This document shows, piece after piece, positions 36,456 through 47,836 of a DNA stretch of 64,000 nucleotides. Location: UHGV virus genome UHGV-1374678; one strand, 5' to 3'. Position 1 is the first letter of the stretch. Each line of letters begins with the position of its first letter. This DNA comes from a virus. Below the pieces are notes generated by a model. The model ran no database searches. It had not been told where the DNA came from and saw nothing but the letters and a program-made list of their open reading frames with translations. The translations under genes were made by a program, and so were the position numbers.

Positions 36456-36568
36456 TAAAATATGAGAATATCTTGTGTAAAAATGATAAGTGCATTTGCA
36501 AAACTGAGCATTAAAAACTGCAATGTAAAAGAAAAATAACAAAGATAAAAATAAGGAGAATAAACAAT

Positions 36569-36898
36569 ATGGACGTAATGACAAAAATGATGCTTGAAGA
36601 AGTACTCTCAGGAGAATCAGAAGACAATTCATTTGACGATATTATCAAAGGGTATATTAAAAAATATAAACCAACTGTATATATGGCATTCGATGAATTA
36701 GTTAAAGTTATGAAGGACTTCGTAAAGTATGATGACTATTACAAAGTAGTCGCAGAGAATAAAAGAAATATGTATGATGCATATGTGAAAATAGGATTCT
36801 CAGAAGATCAGGCAATGGCATTAATTCTTAACGACAATCTTCAGCTTATGAAATCTGTTCAGAAGATTAAAACAACAGCCAATTCAAGAAACAAATAA
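36569..36898 (+). CDS. hypothetical protein
   Basis: ORF with GGAGAATAAACAATATG. Confidence 0.45.
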   Translation: MDVMTKMMLEEVLSGESEDNSFDDIIKGYIKKYKPTVYMAFDELVKVMKDFVKYDDYYKVVAENKRNMYDAYVKIGFSEDQAMALILNDNLQLMKSVQKIKTTANSRNK

Positions 36899-36910
36899 AG
36901 GAGATAAAAT

Positions 36911-37156
36911 ATGAATTTCGGTAAAGCTATTGAAGCATTAAAAGACGGTAAGAAGGTAACTCGTAAAGGTTGGAATGGGAAAGGAATGTATTTATTCCTG
37001 TGTTTTCCTGCATCAATTGAACCAAAAGCCGAGAATGTAGAGATTTATTCTGCCAGACAAAGTATTGCAATTCGAACAGTAGATAGTTCTATTGTTTTTG
37101 GGTGGAATCCTTCTCAGGAAGATATGCTTGCGGAAGATTGGGGTATTGTAGAATAA
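36911..37156 (+). CDS. DUF2829-like phage protein
   Basis: MNFGKAIEALKDGKKVTRKGWNGKGMYL N-terminal signature. Confidence 0.45.
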   Translation: MNFGKAIEALKDGKKVTRKGWNGKGMYLFLCFPASIEPKAENVEIYSARQSIAIRTVDSSIVFGWNPSQEDMLAEDWGIVE

Positions 37157-37416
37157 AATAATTTACTTCTGTTTATATAAATAAAAATATCAAAGAACCA
37201 AATCGGTTCACAATTCCAAATTAATCAAAATTAAATAGAGAATAAATATTTAGAGGTCGTACAGCGTGCCTTTGGTTTCTTGCACCATGAAATCGCTGTT
37301 TCATATAGATTCTTTACATAAATTTATTTTTGTGTTCCGTCCGGTTGGGCGTTTAGATAGATTGTTTTATTAACAATATTTACATAAATTTTTATTTTTA
37401 AGGAGGTCAAAATTTT

Positions 37417-38634
37417 ATGAATTTTGAAATGACAGGAAAATTAAGCATCGGTAAAGAGACAGAAAAATTCCATCCTTATACTGAGAAGACTTATCCATCA
37501 GGTTGGGTAAGAAAGCAGTTACTCTTTAATGTAACATGCGGAGATAACAGACACATGTTGACTGTTACAGCAGGTGCATTCTCCGATGGACACGGTGATA
37601 TCTATTCATTTACCAAAGGTGGAGTAGATGAGAATGGTAACAAAGTAAAAGGTGAATCTATTCAGATTCCATTTAAAGAAAGACTTACATCTCCTAAACT
37701 TGCCGAAATTGCAGAGTTTAAGAAATTCATCATTGATCTTGAGCAGCCAGGAAGAAGATATAAGCTTCAGAACATGGCGGACAAACTTCATGAGGGTAAA
37801 GAACTTACAGATGAAGAACTTAAAGAAGTTAGTCTTGAGTCAAAAGATGATGTTACAGCAGCTCTTGAGAAGAGCAATAAGAAGAGACATGAGTTTATTT
37901 CAGAATGGGACTACATCGACTTCATTAAGAAAGTAATTGATTCTGAGAAATATAAAGACAAGTTGTTCTTTATTCGTGGCAATGGTGAATATCAGTATTC
38001 AGATAACCAGCAGAAAGTATATGAGTCTTATATTCCTACAAGAATCTATCTTGCAGCAGATGACGCAGAACCGTCTTCAACAGCAACAATTAACATTATC
38101 TTCAATAGTGAAAGCCTTGATGAGATGAGCGTAGAGGAAAAAGGTAAGTATTATGTGAATGGTCATATGATGGAATACGATCAGAATCGTAAGGCTAATA
38201 TCCCTGTTCCAGTTACAATTGTAATTCCTGTTCCAGAAGATGATGAAAAAGGAAAGAAGAAAGCAGAAGCGTTTAAGCACAAATTTATGGTAGATGACGA
38301 TACTTATAAAGAGTATGGTGCGATTGTTAATATGCTTAATGGAGCGCAGAAAACAGAAATAACAGAGGATATGCTCACTGACGAGCAGCGAAAAGATTTG
38401 GATTTAGGGATTATTACAATGGATGATATTCGAGCCGAGATTGGTGGAAACGTATATGGTGATAGAATTCGTGAATATCAGCTTGTTAAACCTGCTCGTG
38501 GATTTACTAAAGGAAGACAGGATACGGTTTGGACTGACGAAGATATGATTATTAAACCTATCGAGGAAGCAATCCCAGATTCAGAAGACCTGTTTGAAGA
38601 TGAAGTTGTCGATGATGATGATGACATTCTGTAA
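37417..38634 (+). CDS. hypothetical protein with acidic C-terminal tail (candidate ssDNA-binding protein)
   Basis: 405 aa, first gene of the replication module. C-terminus EDEVVDDDDDIL resembles SSB acidic tails. No other motif recognised. Confidence 0.3.
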   Translation: MNFEMTGKLSIGKETEKFHPYTEKTYPSGWVRKQLLFNVTCGDNRHMLTVTAGAFSDGHGDIYSFTKGGVDENGNKVKGESIQIPFKERLTSPKLAEIAEFKKFIIDLEQPGRRYKLQNMADKLHEGKELTDEELKEVSLESKDDVTAALEKSNKKRHEFISEWDYIDFIKKVIDSEKYKDKLFFIRGNGEYQYSDNQQKVYESYIPTRIYLAADDAEPSSTATINIIFNSESLDEMSVEEKGKYYVNGHMMEYDQNRKANIPVPVTIVIPVPEDDEKGKKKAEAFKHKFMVDDDTYKEYGAIVNMLNGAQKTEITEDMLTDEQRKDLDLGIITMDDIRAEIGGNVYGDRIREYQLVKPARGFTKGRQDTVWTDEDMIIKPIEEAIPDSEDLFEDEVVDDDDDIL

Positions 38635-38705
38635 GTATGAGGGCTATATGCCCTTTTACGATTAAATATGACAACAAAAATATAATTTTAAAGGAGAATA
38701 TCCAT

Positions 38706-39839
38706 ATGGCATTTAAAAAACCTACAGTAAACGTAATTAAACCTGATATCAAAAATCTTTCAATCTATCTTAGAAGTACAAAGAAGTTTGGAAAATCAAC
38801 ACTTTTTAGAGATGTTATTCTTGCAAAATATGGAGATCCATCAAGAGGTCTTCTTGTAGGATGCGGCAATGAAATTGGATATAAAATGCTTGATAATCTG
38901 AACGTAACTCAGGTTGCTTCATACAAAGACATGGTAGAGCTTGAAAAATGGCTTATTGAAAAGAAAGGAATTGAACATAATATTGAGATTGTTGCATTCG
39001 ATACAGGAGATGAACTTGCACTTCTTGCAGATGCAGAAACTATCCGTCAATCAAATGTAGAGAATCCACAGAAAAAATGTAAATCAATTAAGGCAGCATT
39101 CGGAGGCTATACGGCAGGTGAAAAATATTCAGCAAACGACATTATTAAACCATATATGTCAAAACTTCAGGCTGCTGGATTTGGAGTATGGGTAATCGCA
39201 CATACCAAATTTAAGACAATCAAAGAAAAAGGTGGGCTTGATGAGGATGGTTATATGCAGTTATCTTCCAATATGGGAGCAGATTATGAAGCTGCTTTTG
39301 GAGATATCTTTGATGTAACACTTACTGGTGTTATTGATCGTGATTTAGAGGAAAAGAAAGTCGGAGATAAGACTAAGAAATATGCCACAGATGAAGTCAG
39401 AAAGCTTTATTTCCGTGGAACTACACTTATTGATGCAGGTGGAAGATTTGCAGACGGAGCAGTTCCAGAATATATGGTATTTGATAAGCCGGATATGGGA
39501 GCAGAGTTTGTAAGAGTTGTAGAGGAAGGTATGGAGAAATCCAAGACAGAACTTAGTAAAAGACCAAAGGCTACAACACCTGTAAACCCACCAACTCCGA
39601 CTGCACAGGAAGAAGAAGTTCCTTTTGCGGAAGACGATATTGATGACATCGACACGCCTACAACAGAAGAAGCATCTAGTGATTATCCAGAAGATCTTGA
39701 TGGAGTAATCAGAACAATGTTTAAAGAGTGTAAAGATGCAGACCTCAAAGCAAAGGTTAAGGCTGTAATTGCAGAGTATGGAAAACTTAATGATGTTGAC
39801 GAAGATGGTCTGAAAAAGATTTATGACATGATGAAATAG
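38706..39839 (+). CDS. RecA/AAA-like ATPase (recombinase or helicase-loader candidate)
   Basis: Walker A-like STKKFGKSTLF and Walker B-like IEIVAFDTGDE. ATG at 38706 after AAAGGAGAATATCCATATG. Confidence 0.4.
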   Translation: MAFKKPTVNVIKPDIKNLSIYLRSTKKFGKSTLFRDVILAKYGDPSRGLLVGCGNEIGYKMLDNLNVTQVASYKDMVELEKWLIEKKGIEHNIEIVAFDTGDELALLADAETIRQSNVENPQKKCKSIKAAFGGYTAGEKYSANDIIKPYMSKLQAAGFGVWVIAHTKFKTIKEKGGLDEDGYMQLSSNMGADYEAAFGDIFDVTLTGVIDRDLEEKKVGDKTKKYATDEVRKLYFRGTTLIDAGGRFADGAVPEYMVFDKPDMGAEFVRVVEEGMEKSKTELSKRPKATTPVNPPTPTAQEEEVPFAEDDIDDIDTPTTEEASSDYPEDLDGVIRTMFKECKDADLKAKVKAVIAEYGKLNDVDEDGLKKIYDMMK

Positions 39840-39853
39840 GAGAATAAGTATTT

Positions 39854-40339
39854 ATGGCAAGAAAAGTTAAATGCCGTAAATGTGGTTCTCAAATAGATCA
39901 AAATACAGCTTTCAAAGTAGTAGTAGGTAAGGTTAATACCTACTACTGCAATGAAAAAGAATATGATTTAGTCCTTGCTGAAAGAAAAGTAAAGGATGAT
40001 ACATATGAATGCATTAATAAGATATTTGGATACATTATAACAAATACGGCTATATATAAAGAAATAAATGCTCTTGTAAAGGTGTACGGTTATGAACTTA
40101 TCCTGTCATATTTGCAGGAGAATTTTGACTATTTACATAATTTGATGAGTAGGGATTTTGAGAAAGAATACGGAAGAATCAGGTATTTTTCTGTTGTTCT
40201 AAGTAATAACCTTGCTGATTATAAGAAAGCTCAAGAAGTCAATGTGGAAGAGTCTGCTATCAGAGAAGTCGTAGTTGATATGCCAGAAATCCATTATAAA
40301 CGAAAAAATAAGCGCAGAGCATTAGACGAAATAGAATAG
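39854..40339 (+). CDS. hypothetical protein with N-terminal zinc ribbon
   Basis: CRKCGS...YYCNEK. Confidence 0.4.
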   Translation: MARKVKCRKCGSQIDQNTAFKVVVGKVNTYYCNEKEYDLVLAERKVKDDTYECINKIFGYIITNTAIYKEINALVKVYGYELILSYLQENFDYLHNLMSRDFEKEYGRIRYFSVVLSNNLADYKKAQEVNVEESAIREVVVDMPEIHYKRKNKRRALDEIE

Positions 40340-40353
40340 GCGGTACGATAGAT

Positions 40354-41904
40354 ATGGCAGAATATATATCAGGAGTTAAAGAAAAATATCCATCTCAGTT
40401 GTTAAAGAACAGGATCGAAGTTGAGGGAAATGTAATTAGTTGTTTCTTTAAAGATATGTTATTACTTGACGATACATGTTTTGAGAGAAGCGACTTTATA
40501 ACAAGTGATGGAAGATTTTATTTTGCAATGCTTAATCAGCTTAGGATTAAAGGGTTTTACTCTTTGGATGAAGTAACAATTCTTTCCAATCTTCCAGAAG
40601 AAACGATTGAAATTTACGAAGATATGGGTGGTTGGGAAACCATTCAACATCAGATTGATATTATCAATACACAGAATTTTGATACTTATATTGATATTTT
40701 GTATCGTGAAAATATTATTCTTAAATTACATGATGATGGTTTTAACCTACTCAAAGAGATTGAAAGCAATGGTAAAAAGATTATTCCTCTAAAGATGTTT
40801 AGAAAAATGACATCAGAAGAAGTTACCGATTGGTATGAGGCAAGAATAAGTTCTTATGGAACTGGATATTCTAGCAAGATTCTTGAGGAAGAAGAGATTG
40901 ACTTTGATGATGAATTCATTGATTCTTGTGCAGACGGAGAAGAAAATGGAGTTCCGTTTGATATTGCCGGATATGATGTGAATGGCGAAGAAATGAATTG
41001 TTTTCCTTTTTTGTCACGTCAGGTAATGGGATTACTTGAAGGAACTACAACTATGATGGGTGGTTACAGTTCTGCTGGTAAATCGACATGGTGGGTAACT
41101 GTATTAATGGCTCTTTTGCATTACGATAGAAAAATTCTAATCATTTCGAATGAAGAGAATATCAAGAAGTTCAAAATCAAATTTATGGTTTGGTTACTTG
41201 GAAAACGTAATAGATATTTTAAGTTGACAAAAAAGAAAATGTCTTCCGGTGATATTAATAAAGAAAACAGACAACAGCTTGCAGACGTGCAGAAGTTTTG
41301 GAGAGAAAATTATAAAGGTCGTGTCAAGTTTATCTCTATCGTAGATGCAGATATGACTGTTGTTAAGAAGAAAATCAGAGAAAATGTATTAAGACATGGA
41401 TACGATGTTGTTTTGTATGACACATTTAAAATCCAGGGCGGTGATGTAGCACAAGCAAGACAAGACCTTTCGTTAGTTATGGACGGTCGAGAACTTGATA
41501 AAATGGCAAAGAAATACAATATCATAATGCTTGCATCTGTTCAGTTGGCAGAATATACAAAGGGCAAATTATTCTTGGATGCAAGTGTACTGAGTAATGC
41601 CAAGCAGATCAAAGAGCAGCTCGAAAATTTGTTCTTAATGAGAACCGTTTACACAGAAGAACTTGATCCAAAAAGTAAGTATTATTGTCATCCGTTTAGA
41701 TTAAAAAAGGTTAATGACAAATGGATTGAGGAAGAATATAATCCTGATCCTAATGCGGTTTGGAGGGCAATCTTTACAGAGAAATGCAGATCTGGTGCAA
41801 ACTCAAGTGATAATGGCGTTGGATATCTTTTACGCTATGATGGTGATCATTGCATCTTTAGAGAAGTAGCACAGGCAAGATTCAAACACGGAGAAATTAG
41901 ATAA
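40354..41904 (+). CDS. DnaB-family replicative DNA helicase
   Basis: 516 aa with Walker A GGYSSAGKSTWWV in the C-terminal RecA-like domain. N-terminal helical domain. Confidence 0.75.
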   Translation: MAEYISGVKEKYPSQLLKNRIEVEGNVISCFFKDMLLLDDTCFERSDFITSDGRFYFAMLNQLRIKGFYSLDEVTILSNLPEETIEIYEDMGGWETIQHQIDIINTQNFDTYIDILYRENIILKLHDDGFNLLKEIESNGKKIIPLKMFRKMTSEEVTDWYEARISSYGTGYSSKILEEEEIDFDDEFIDSCADGEENGVPFDIAGYDVNGEEMNCFPFLSRQVMGLLEGTTTMMGGYSSAGKSTWWVTVLMALLHYDRKILIISNEENIKKFKIKFMVWLLGKRNRYFKLTKKKMSSGDINKENRQQLADVQKFWRENYKGRVKFISIVDADMTVVKKKIRENVLRHGYDVVLYDTFKIQGGDVAQARQDLSLVMDGRELDKMAKKYNIIMLASVQLAEYTKGKLFLDASVLSNAKQIKEQLENLFLMRTVYTEELDPKSKYYCHPFRLKKVNDKWIEEEYNPDPNAVWRAIFTEKCRSGANSSDNGVGYLLRYDGDHCIFREVAQARFKHGEIR

Positions 41905-41932
41905 TAAAAAAGTAAATGAGGTACTAGGTGAT

Positions 41933-42961
41933 ATGCTTGAAGATGTTAAGAAAGAATTATTAAATCACCCTGATAAACTCAAAGAAGTATTAGAGCATTT
42001 CGGCTATTGTAATATTGTTATTCGAGACAGATATATGCAATTCGGAAGAGATGAAGTCTCATCAAAGAAATCAATTGTAATCAATTTAAAAGAAAATAGG
42101 TTCTTATATGTACATGATTATGCGAGAAATATTCAAGCAGATTTGTTCTCTTATATTATTTCACAGCGTCATGTTGAATTTAAAGAAGTATTAAATGAAG
42201 TTAAACATGTTCTTGGAATTACAGATTATTTTGATTTCTTTGGCAAGAGAGGAATCTTTGGAGGGTTTTATGAGAGGGTAAGAAAAAGACGAACAGCAAG
42301 TGAGTCTAAGATTTATGATGAATCGATTTTAAATCAGTTTTCTCAATGTGGAAACATGAGATTTCTTAAAGACAACATATCACTTAGAACTCAAAGGTTC
42401 TTTGAGATAGGTTATGACGTAGAATCTCAAGGAATAACAATACCAATTAGAAATCAGTTTGGTCAGCTAATGGGTGTAAAAGAAAGATTCAACTACGATG
42501 TAGAAGATGGCGAAATAAAGTATTTTTATCAGAGTCCGTGTTTAATGAGCAATACATTATATGGATATTCGCAAAATTATGAATTCTTAACTGGTGGCGA
42601 AGTGTTGATATTCGAAGCAGAAAAATCAACAATGCAATGCCATTCGTATGGAATTAGAAATTGTGTTTCTCTTGGTAGTGGAAGTATAAGCAAAAAACAG
42701 ATACAGATATTGCTTGAGCTTAATCCTAAGAAAGTAATATTCATGCACGATGCAGGATATAAGATGGAATACATTATGAGAAATATTGATTTTTTGAAAG
42801 GTTATTCAAGGTTTTCTGAATTACAGATTGGTTATTGGGATTACTTTGATAAAGGATACACTGACAAAGTTTCTCCATCTGATATGGGTAAAGAAAAATT
42901 AGAGTACATATTAAACAATGAGATAAAAATGATCGGAGATGATGATGACGAAGAATTATAA
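41933..42961 (+). CDS. DNA primase (TOPRIM domain, DnaG-like)
   Basis: TOPRIM-like LIFEAEKST (catalytic Glu) and FMHDAGY (DxD-like), located just downstream of the helicase. Confidence 0.5.
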   Translation: MLEDVKKELLNHPDKLKEVLEHFGYCNIVIRDRYMQFGRDEVSSKKSIVINLKENRFLYVHDYARNIQADLFSYIISQRHVEFKEVLNEVKHVLGITDYFDFFGKRGIFGGFYERVRKRRTASESKIYDESILNQFSQCGNMRFLKDNISLRTQRFFEIGYDVESQGITIPIRNQFGQLMGVKERFNYDVEDGEIKYFYQSPCLMSNTLYGYSQNYEFLTGGEVLIFEAEKSTMQCHSYGIRNCVSLGSGSISKKQIQILLELNPKKVIFMHDAGYKMEYIMRNIDFLKGYSRFSELQIGYWDYFDKGYTDKVSPSDMGKEKLEYILNNEIKMIGDDDDEEL

Positions 42962-44549
42962 TATCTTAAATGATTGCAGAGGTATGTATGAGGAAGAAAT
43001 TTTTAATACAATTCTTGAACAAAGAGGTATTGATGATATTGAAGAGTTTCTTCGTCCTACAGAAAAAAATCTATTACCATTAGATAGCTTGGTTAATATA
43101 GACTATGCTGCAAGAAGAGTTGAATTAGCTATCGAAAATAAAGAAAAAGTTGCCGTGTTAGTAGATACAGACACGGACGGAATATCATCAGGGACTATTA
43201 TAACAAGGTATTTAAACAATTTCCTGTTTACGCCAGCAGTACCATTTATTGATGAGGGTAAGAAGCATGGTCTTAAAGGACAAGATTTAAAGAAATTTAT
43301 GTCATTTGATTTACTTATTATTGTGGATAGCTTGGATAATAGCGAAAAACAATATAAAGAATTAAGTGATAATGGCGTAGATGTTATCATTCTTGATCAC
43401 CATGCAATTAACTCAAAGATTCCGTATGATGATTATGTAATCTTGGTATCGTCTCAGAGGTCATATGATAATCCACATCTTTCAGGTTCTGGTGTAGTAT
43501 GGAAGTTCTGTAAATATCTTGATAGCAAGTTTGGTACTTATTATGCAGACGAATTAATGGACTTAGCAGCGTGCGGTTTGGTATCCGACATGATGGATAT
43601 GACTGTTATGGAGAATAGATATATTGTATATCAAGGACTACAACAGATTCGTAATCCTGCAATTAAAAAGATTGTAGGAAGTTTTCCATTTAATAGTACA
43701 GCAATTTCTTTTAGTATTGCGCCAATTATTAATGCTGCGAATAGAATGGGTAAAAATGAAGTTGCTGTAAAAGCCTTTCTTGCAGACGAAAATAAGACGG
43801 TTCTTAAATACATTAAAGAATTAAAAGGCTGTAAAGAAGCTCAGAATGAAGAAGTAGATAGATTACTTCCTGATGTGATTGAGCAATGTGAACAACAATT
43901 ACATAAAAAAATGATTACAGTTTTAATTGATACTCCATATGGGGTAGCAGGATTACTTGGAAATAAATTACTAGAAAAATACAAACGACCAATCATTGTA
44001 TTAAAGGATGTTGGTAATAAATATGCTGGTTCTATGAGAGCTATTGGAGTCGATGATTTTAGAAAAATATGCAACGACAGTCACTTAGCCAAAGTTGATG
44101 GACATGAACTTGCAGCAGGAATTCAAATTAAGAAAAACGATTTCGAACAATTCTTATCTTATATCGAGAACAATCTTCACGAATTAAAATTTGATACAAC
44201 GGTTACTGTAGATGTTCAGATTGATGTATCTGACATTACAAGAAAACTAATTGACTACATTAAGCAGATTGACTTGGTGTCTGGCGAAAACTTTAAATCT
44301 GTACGATTCTTTGTTGATGGAATTACAGATTATGAGATTGGTCAGATGAGCAATTATAAGCATCTTGTAGTTAAACCGAATGACTATTTACAGATTATTA
44401 AGTGGAACTTCAATGGATCTTTTGATGAATATGAAGACCATAGCATGATGAATGATGAGCTAGAAGTTGTTTGCAGCCTGGATTCAGGTTTCCTTGGTAG
44501 AAAGTTTGTGTTGAAAGCAGTGTGTGATGAAATTGGAGAGACTTGTTAA
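42939..44549 (+). CDS. DHH-family phosphoesterase (RecJ-like)
   Basis: Motif I LVDTDTDGISSG. Motif III VIILDHHAIN (DHH). Glycine-rich GSG motif. Confidence 0.75.
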   Translation: MMMTKNYNILNDCRGMYEEEIFNTILEQRGIDDIEEFLRPTEKNLLPLDSLVNIDYAARRVELAIENKEKVAVLVDTDTDGISSGTIITRYLNNFLFTPAVPFIDEGKKHGLKGQDLKKFMSFDLLIIVDSLDNSEKQYKELSDNGVDVIILDHHAINSKIPYDDYVILVSSQRSYDNPHLSGSGVVWKFCKYLDSKFGTYYADELMDLAACGLVSDMMDMTVMENRYIVYQGLQQIRNPAIKKIVGSFPFNSTAISFSIAPIINAANRMGKNEVAVKAFLADENKTVLKYIKELKGCKEAQNEEVDRLLPDVIEQCEQQLHKKMITVLIDTPYGVAGLLGNKLLEKYKRPIIVLKDVGNKYAGSMRAIGVDDFRKICNDSHLAKVDGHELAAGIQIKKNDFEQFLSYIENNLHELKFDTTVTVDVQIDVSDITRKLIDYIKQIDLVSGENFKSVRFFVDGITDYEIGQMSNYKHLVVKPNDYLQIIKWNFNGSFDEYEDHSMMNDELEVVCSLDSGFLGRKFVLKAVCDEIGETC

Positions 44550-47500
44550 TGAGAAGAAATAAGTTAATTGAAGAAATAATTCCTACATTAAACTTTAAAT
44601 TTCCATATGAGATAAATGATTATTGTGAAAATCTATACTTTGAAAACTATCATTGCCATAAGGATTTTAGTAATCCAACTATTGCAGACAGTGGTGAATC
44701 TATTGAGAATTACGCTGATAGATGTCATGAGTTGAAAGCAAAATGTTTATTTTCTGGTGAACACGGCAATCAAGGGAATCATTTTCATGTATACACCGTA
44801 GCAGAAAAAGAAAAATTAAAATATAGACATTCAACTGAAGCTTATTGGGTTAAAGATAGACATGAAAAAGATAGGACAAACTGTCATATTGTTTTAGTTG
44901 CAAAAAATGCAGAAGGAAGACGAGATATCAATTACGCCTTATCTATGGCAAATATTGACGGATATTATTACAGACCACGTATTGACTTGGAATTATTAAT
45001 GAATATTCCAAAAGATAATGTAATTGTTACGTCTGCATGTATTGCCGGATGGTGGTATGATGACGCTTCTGATGTTTGGCTAAAGATACATGAACATTTT
45101 CAAGACAATTTTTTCTTTGAAGTACAAACAAATAATACTGATCCGCAGAAAAGATTGAATGAAAGAATTCTCAGATTGTCTGAAAAAAATGGAATAGATA
45201 TAATAGCAGGACTAGATAGTCATTATATCAATGATGTCGGAGAAGTAAAAAGAGACCAGATTTTAAAATATAAAAAAGTAACATATCCTGAAGAGCAAGG
45301 ATGGTTCATGGATTATCCAGATATGTTAACGGGTCTTGAAAGATTCGCAAATCAAAATGTATTGGATGAAAAATTGGCATTAAGAGCGTTTATGAACACT
45401 AATGTTTTTGTAAATGAATGCGAAGAAATAGTATTAGATAGAAGTTTTAAAATTCCTAGTATGTATAAGGATAAGACATATAAAGAAAAATGTAAGATTT
45501 ATATGAATGACCTTAATAAAGCATATTCAAAAGAAAAAATCAAATCAAAAGACAGAGCAGATGGAATTAGATACGAAGCAAAAGAAGTAATGAATTCTGG
45601 TGTTGTAGACTATTTCTTGACAAGTAAAAAAATAGTAGAAGATGCGATCAATAATGAGGGTGGTATTCTTACTACAACATCAAGAGGAAGTGCTGCTTCA
45701 TATATCACTAATAAATTAATCGGTCTTACAACTGTCGATAGATTCAATTCTGATATCCCAATTTATCCTGAAAGATTCCTTACAAAAGAACGTGTAGATG
45801 CTGGAATGATGCCAGATATTGACTTAAATATTTCAGACCAAGAACCATTTATTACAGCTACAAAAAAATTACTTGGAGAATATGGTTGTATGCCACTTAT
45901 GGCAGTAGAAAAACTTAAGAAAAAAGCAGCATGGCAATTATACGCAGGTGCAAATGATGTAGAACCTGCTATGGCAACTCAGATTTCTAAATACATAGAT
46001 GAGTATGAAGATGCATTGAAATATGCAGAAGAAGAAGAGAAAGAATTTATCAATGTAGAAGATTACATTCCTGAGAAGTATATTGATCTATTTAGAAAGA
46101 GTAACGATTATCAAGGAATTACAATTAATTTAAAAGTACATGCTTGTGGAAACTTAATTTTCGATGGAGATATTAGAAGAGAAGTTGGTCTCATAACTGC
46201 AATCTCTAAAACCACTGGGAAACGTACACTGTGCGCTTGTGTAGAGGGTGGAGTATTAGATGATTTTGGTTATGTTAAAGAAGATTTTCTTATTGTAGAC
46301 AGTGTATCTTTGATTCATAAATGTTTTAAAGCAATTGGAAGAGAAGTACCATCTTTCGAAGAACTCAGGGAAATGATTAAAGATGATAAACCGACATGGG
46401 ATATCTACGAAAAGGGTATTACTTGTTGTGTAAATCAGTGCGAGAAAGCATCTACTACAAATAAAGTTAAAAAATATAAGCCTAAGACATTAGCTGAATT
46501 ATCTGCATTTATTGCTGCAATTAGACCAGGATTTGCTTCTCTTCTAAACAGATTTCTCAATCGATCCGAATATACAACAGGAGAAGAAAAGATTGATGAG
46601 TTATTGAATGATACGGCACATTTCATGTTATATCAGGAATCAATTATGAAAGTTCTTTCGTTTTTAGGAATGAAAATGGGAGATACATATGGTGTTATTA
46701 AATCTATTTCTAAGAAGAAATTAAAAGGTGAAAAAAAAGAAAAGCTTCTTATTGAATTGAAAAAAGATTGGGAAAATGAATTTGGTAACTTAGATAATTT
46801 TTCAAATGTATGGAGCGTAATTGAGGATTCAGCTCGTTACGCATTTAATTCCCCTCATGCGTATTCGATGGCTGGCGACTCTGCATATATAGCATGGTTT
46901 AAAGCACATTATACATCAACATTTTATGAAGTCGCAATAAATCATTATCAACAAAAGAATAAAAAAGATAAGATAAATGCTCTTATTGAAGAGTCCATCA
47001 AATTTTATGGATATAAATTAGGTGATTATAAGTTTGGCAATGATAATAGAACTGTTACGGTAGATGAGAAAAATAAATTGATTTATCCAAATTTATCAAG
47101 TGTAAAAGGATTTGGAGAGGGTGTTGTAAATACATTGTATGAATTAGGACTAAAGGAATATAGTTCTTTCATTGACGTTTTAATAGCTCTTACTTCCAAC
47201 TCAATCAATAAAACAATTATCAATAAATTGATCAGAATCAACTATTTTGACAATTATGGAGACGTAAATACTTTATTACAAATTACTACGTATTTTGATT
47301 TAATAAATGGAATTAAGCAGATATCAAAAGAAAAAGCAATAAAAAATAATATTCCTTTTGAATGTTTGAAGGAATATGGACACGAAACTGAAAAGCAATT
47401 CAATAAAATAGATTCTGTTGGATTATTAAACGAATTAGTTTCAAATATTGAATATAAAGAACTTTCTTTAAAGGAAAAGATTGACAATCAACATGAAATT

Positions 47501-47836
47501 CTTGGAATTATAAATATTGTAGATCCTGAAACAAACAAACGAATGTATTACGTGTCTGAGCTAGAAGAGTTAAAAACTGTCACAAACATTACTCTTTATG
47601 AAATCTATAGCGGTAAAACACGTCAAGTAAAAATGTGGACTAATCAATATAATAAAGAACCTTTTGATGAAACTGATATCTTATACACTATTTCCCTTGA
47701 GAAAAAGAATAAAAAAGAACCTACTGGTGAAATTAATCCGGAAACAGGTAAAAAAATCTATGCCGATGTACCAGATAAATTTGAATATTGGCTCAAGAAA
47801 TTCATAGTAAAGGAAAGTTTAGAAGATGATAGATAA
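44543..47836 (+). CDS. dnaE: DNA polymerase III alpha subunit-type replicative polymerase (PHP + polymerase core)
   Basis: 1097 aa. N-terminal PHP-like NYHCHKDFSN (HxH) and MPDIDLNISDQE (PDID catalytic aspartates). Confidence 0.75.
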   Translation: MLMRRNKLIEEIIPTLNFKFPYEINDYCENLYFENYHCHKDFSNPTIADSGESIENYADRCHELKAKCLFSGEHGNQGNHFHVYTVAEKEKLKYRHSTEAYWVKDRHEKDRTNCHIVLVAKNAEGRRDINYALSMANIDGYYYRPRIDLELLMNIPKDNVIVTSACIAGWWYDDASDVWLKIHEHFQDNFFFEVQTNNTDPQKRLNERILRLSEKNGIDIIAGLDSHYINDVGEVKRDQILKYKKVTYPEEQGWFMDYPDMLTGLERFANQNVLDEKLALRAFMNTNVFVNECEEIVLDRSFKIPSMYKDKTYKEKCKIYMNDLNKAYSKEKIKSKDRADGIRYEAKEVMNSGVVDYFLTSKKIVEDAINNEGGILTTTSRGSAASYITNKLIGLTTVDRFNSDIPIYPERFLTKERVDAGMMPDIDLNISDQEPFITATKKLLGEYGCMPLMAVEKLKKKAAWQLYAGANDVEPAMATQISKYIDEYEDALKYAEEEEKEFINVEDYIPEKYIDLFRKSNDYQGITINLKVHACGNLIFDGDIRREVGLITAISKTTGKRTLCACVEGGVLDDFGYVKEDFLIVDSVSLIHKCFKAIGREVPSFEELREMIKDDKPTWDIYEKGITCCVNQCEKASTTNKVKKYKPKTLAELSAFIAAIRPGFASLLNRFLNRSEYTTGEEKIDELLNDTAHFMLYQESIMKVLSFLGMKMGDTYGVIKSISKKKLKGEKKEKLLIELKKDWENEFGNLDNFSNVWSVIEDSARYAFNSPHAYSMAGDSAYIAWFKAHYTSTFYEVAINHYQQKNKKDKINALIEESIKFYGYKLGDYKFGNDNRTVTVDEKNKLIYPNLSSVKGFGEGVVNTLYELGLKEYSSFIDVLIALTSNSINKTIINKLIRINYFDNYGDVNTLLQITTYFDLINGIKQISKEKAIKNNIPFECLKEYGHETEKQFNKIDSVGLLNELVSNIEYKELSLKEKIDNQHEILGIINIVDPETNKRMYYVSELEELKTVTNITLYEIYSGKTRQVKMWTNQYNKEPFDETDILYTISLEKKNKKEPTGEINPETGKKIYADVPDKFEYWLKKFIVKESLEDDR

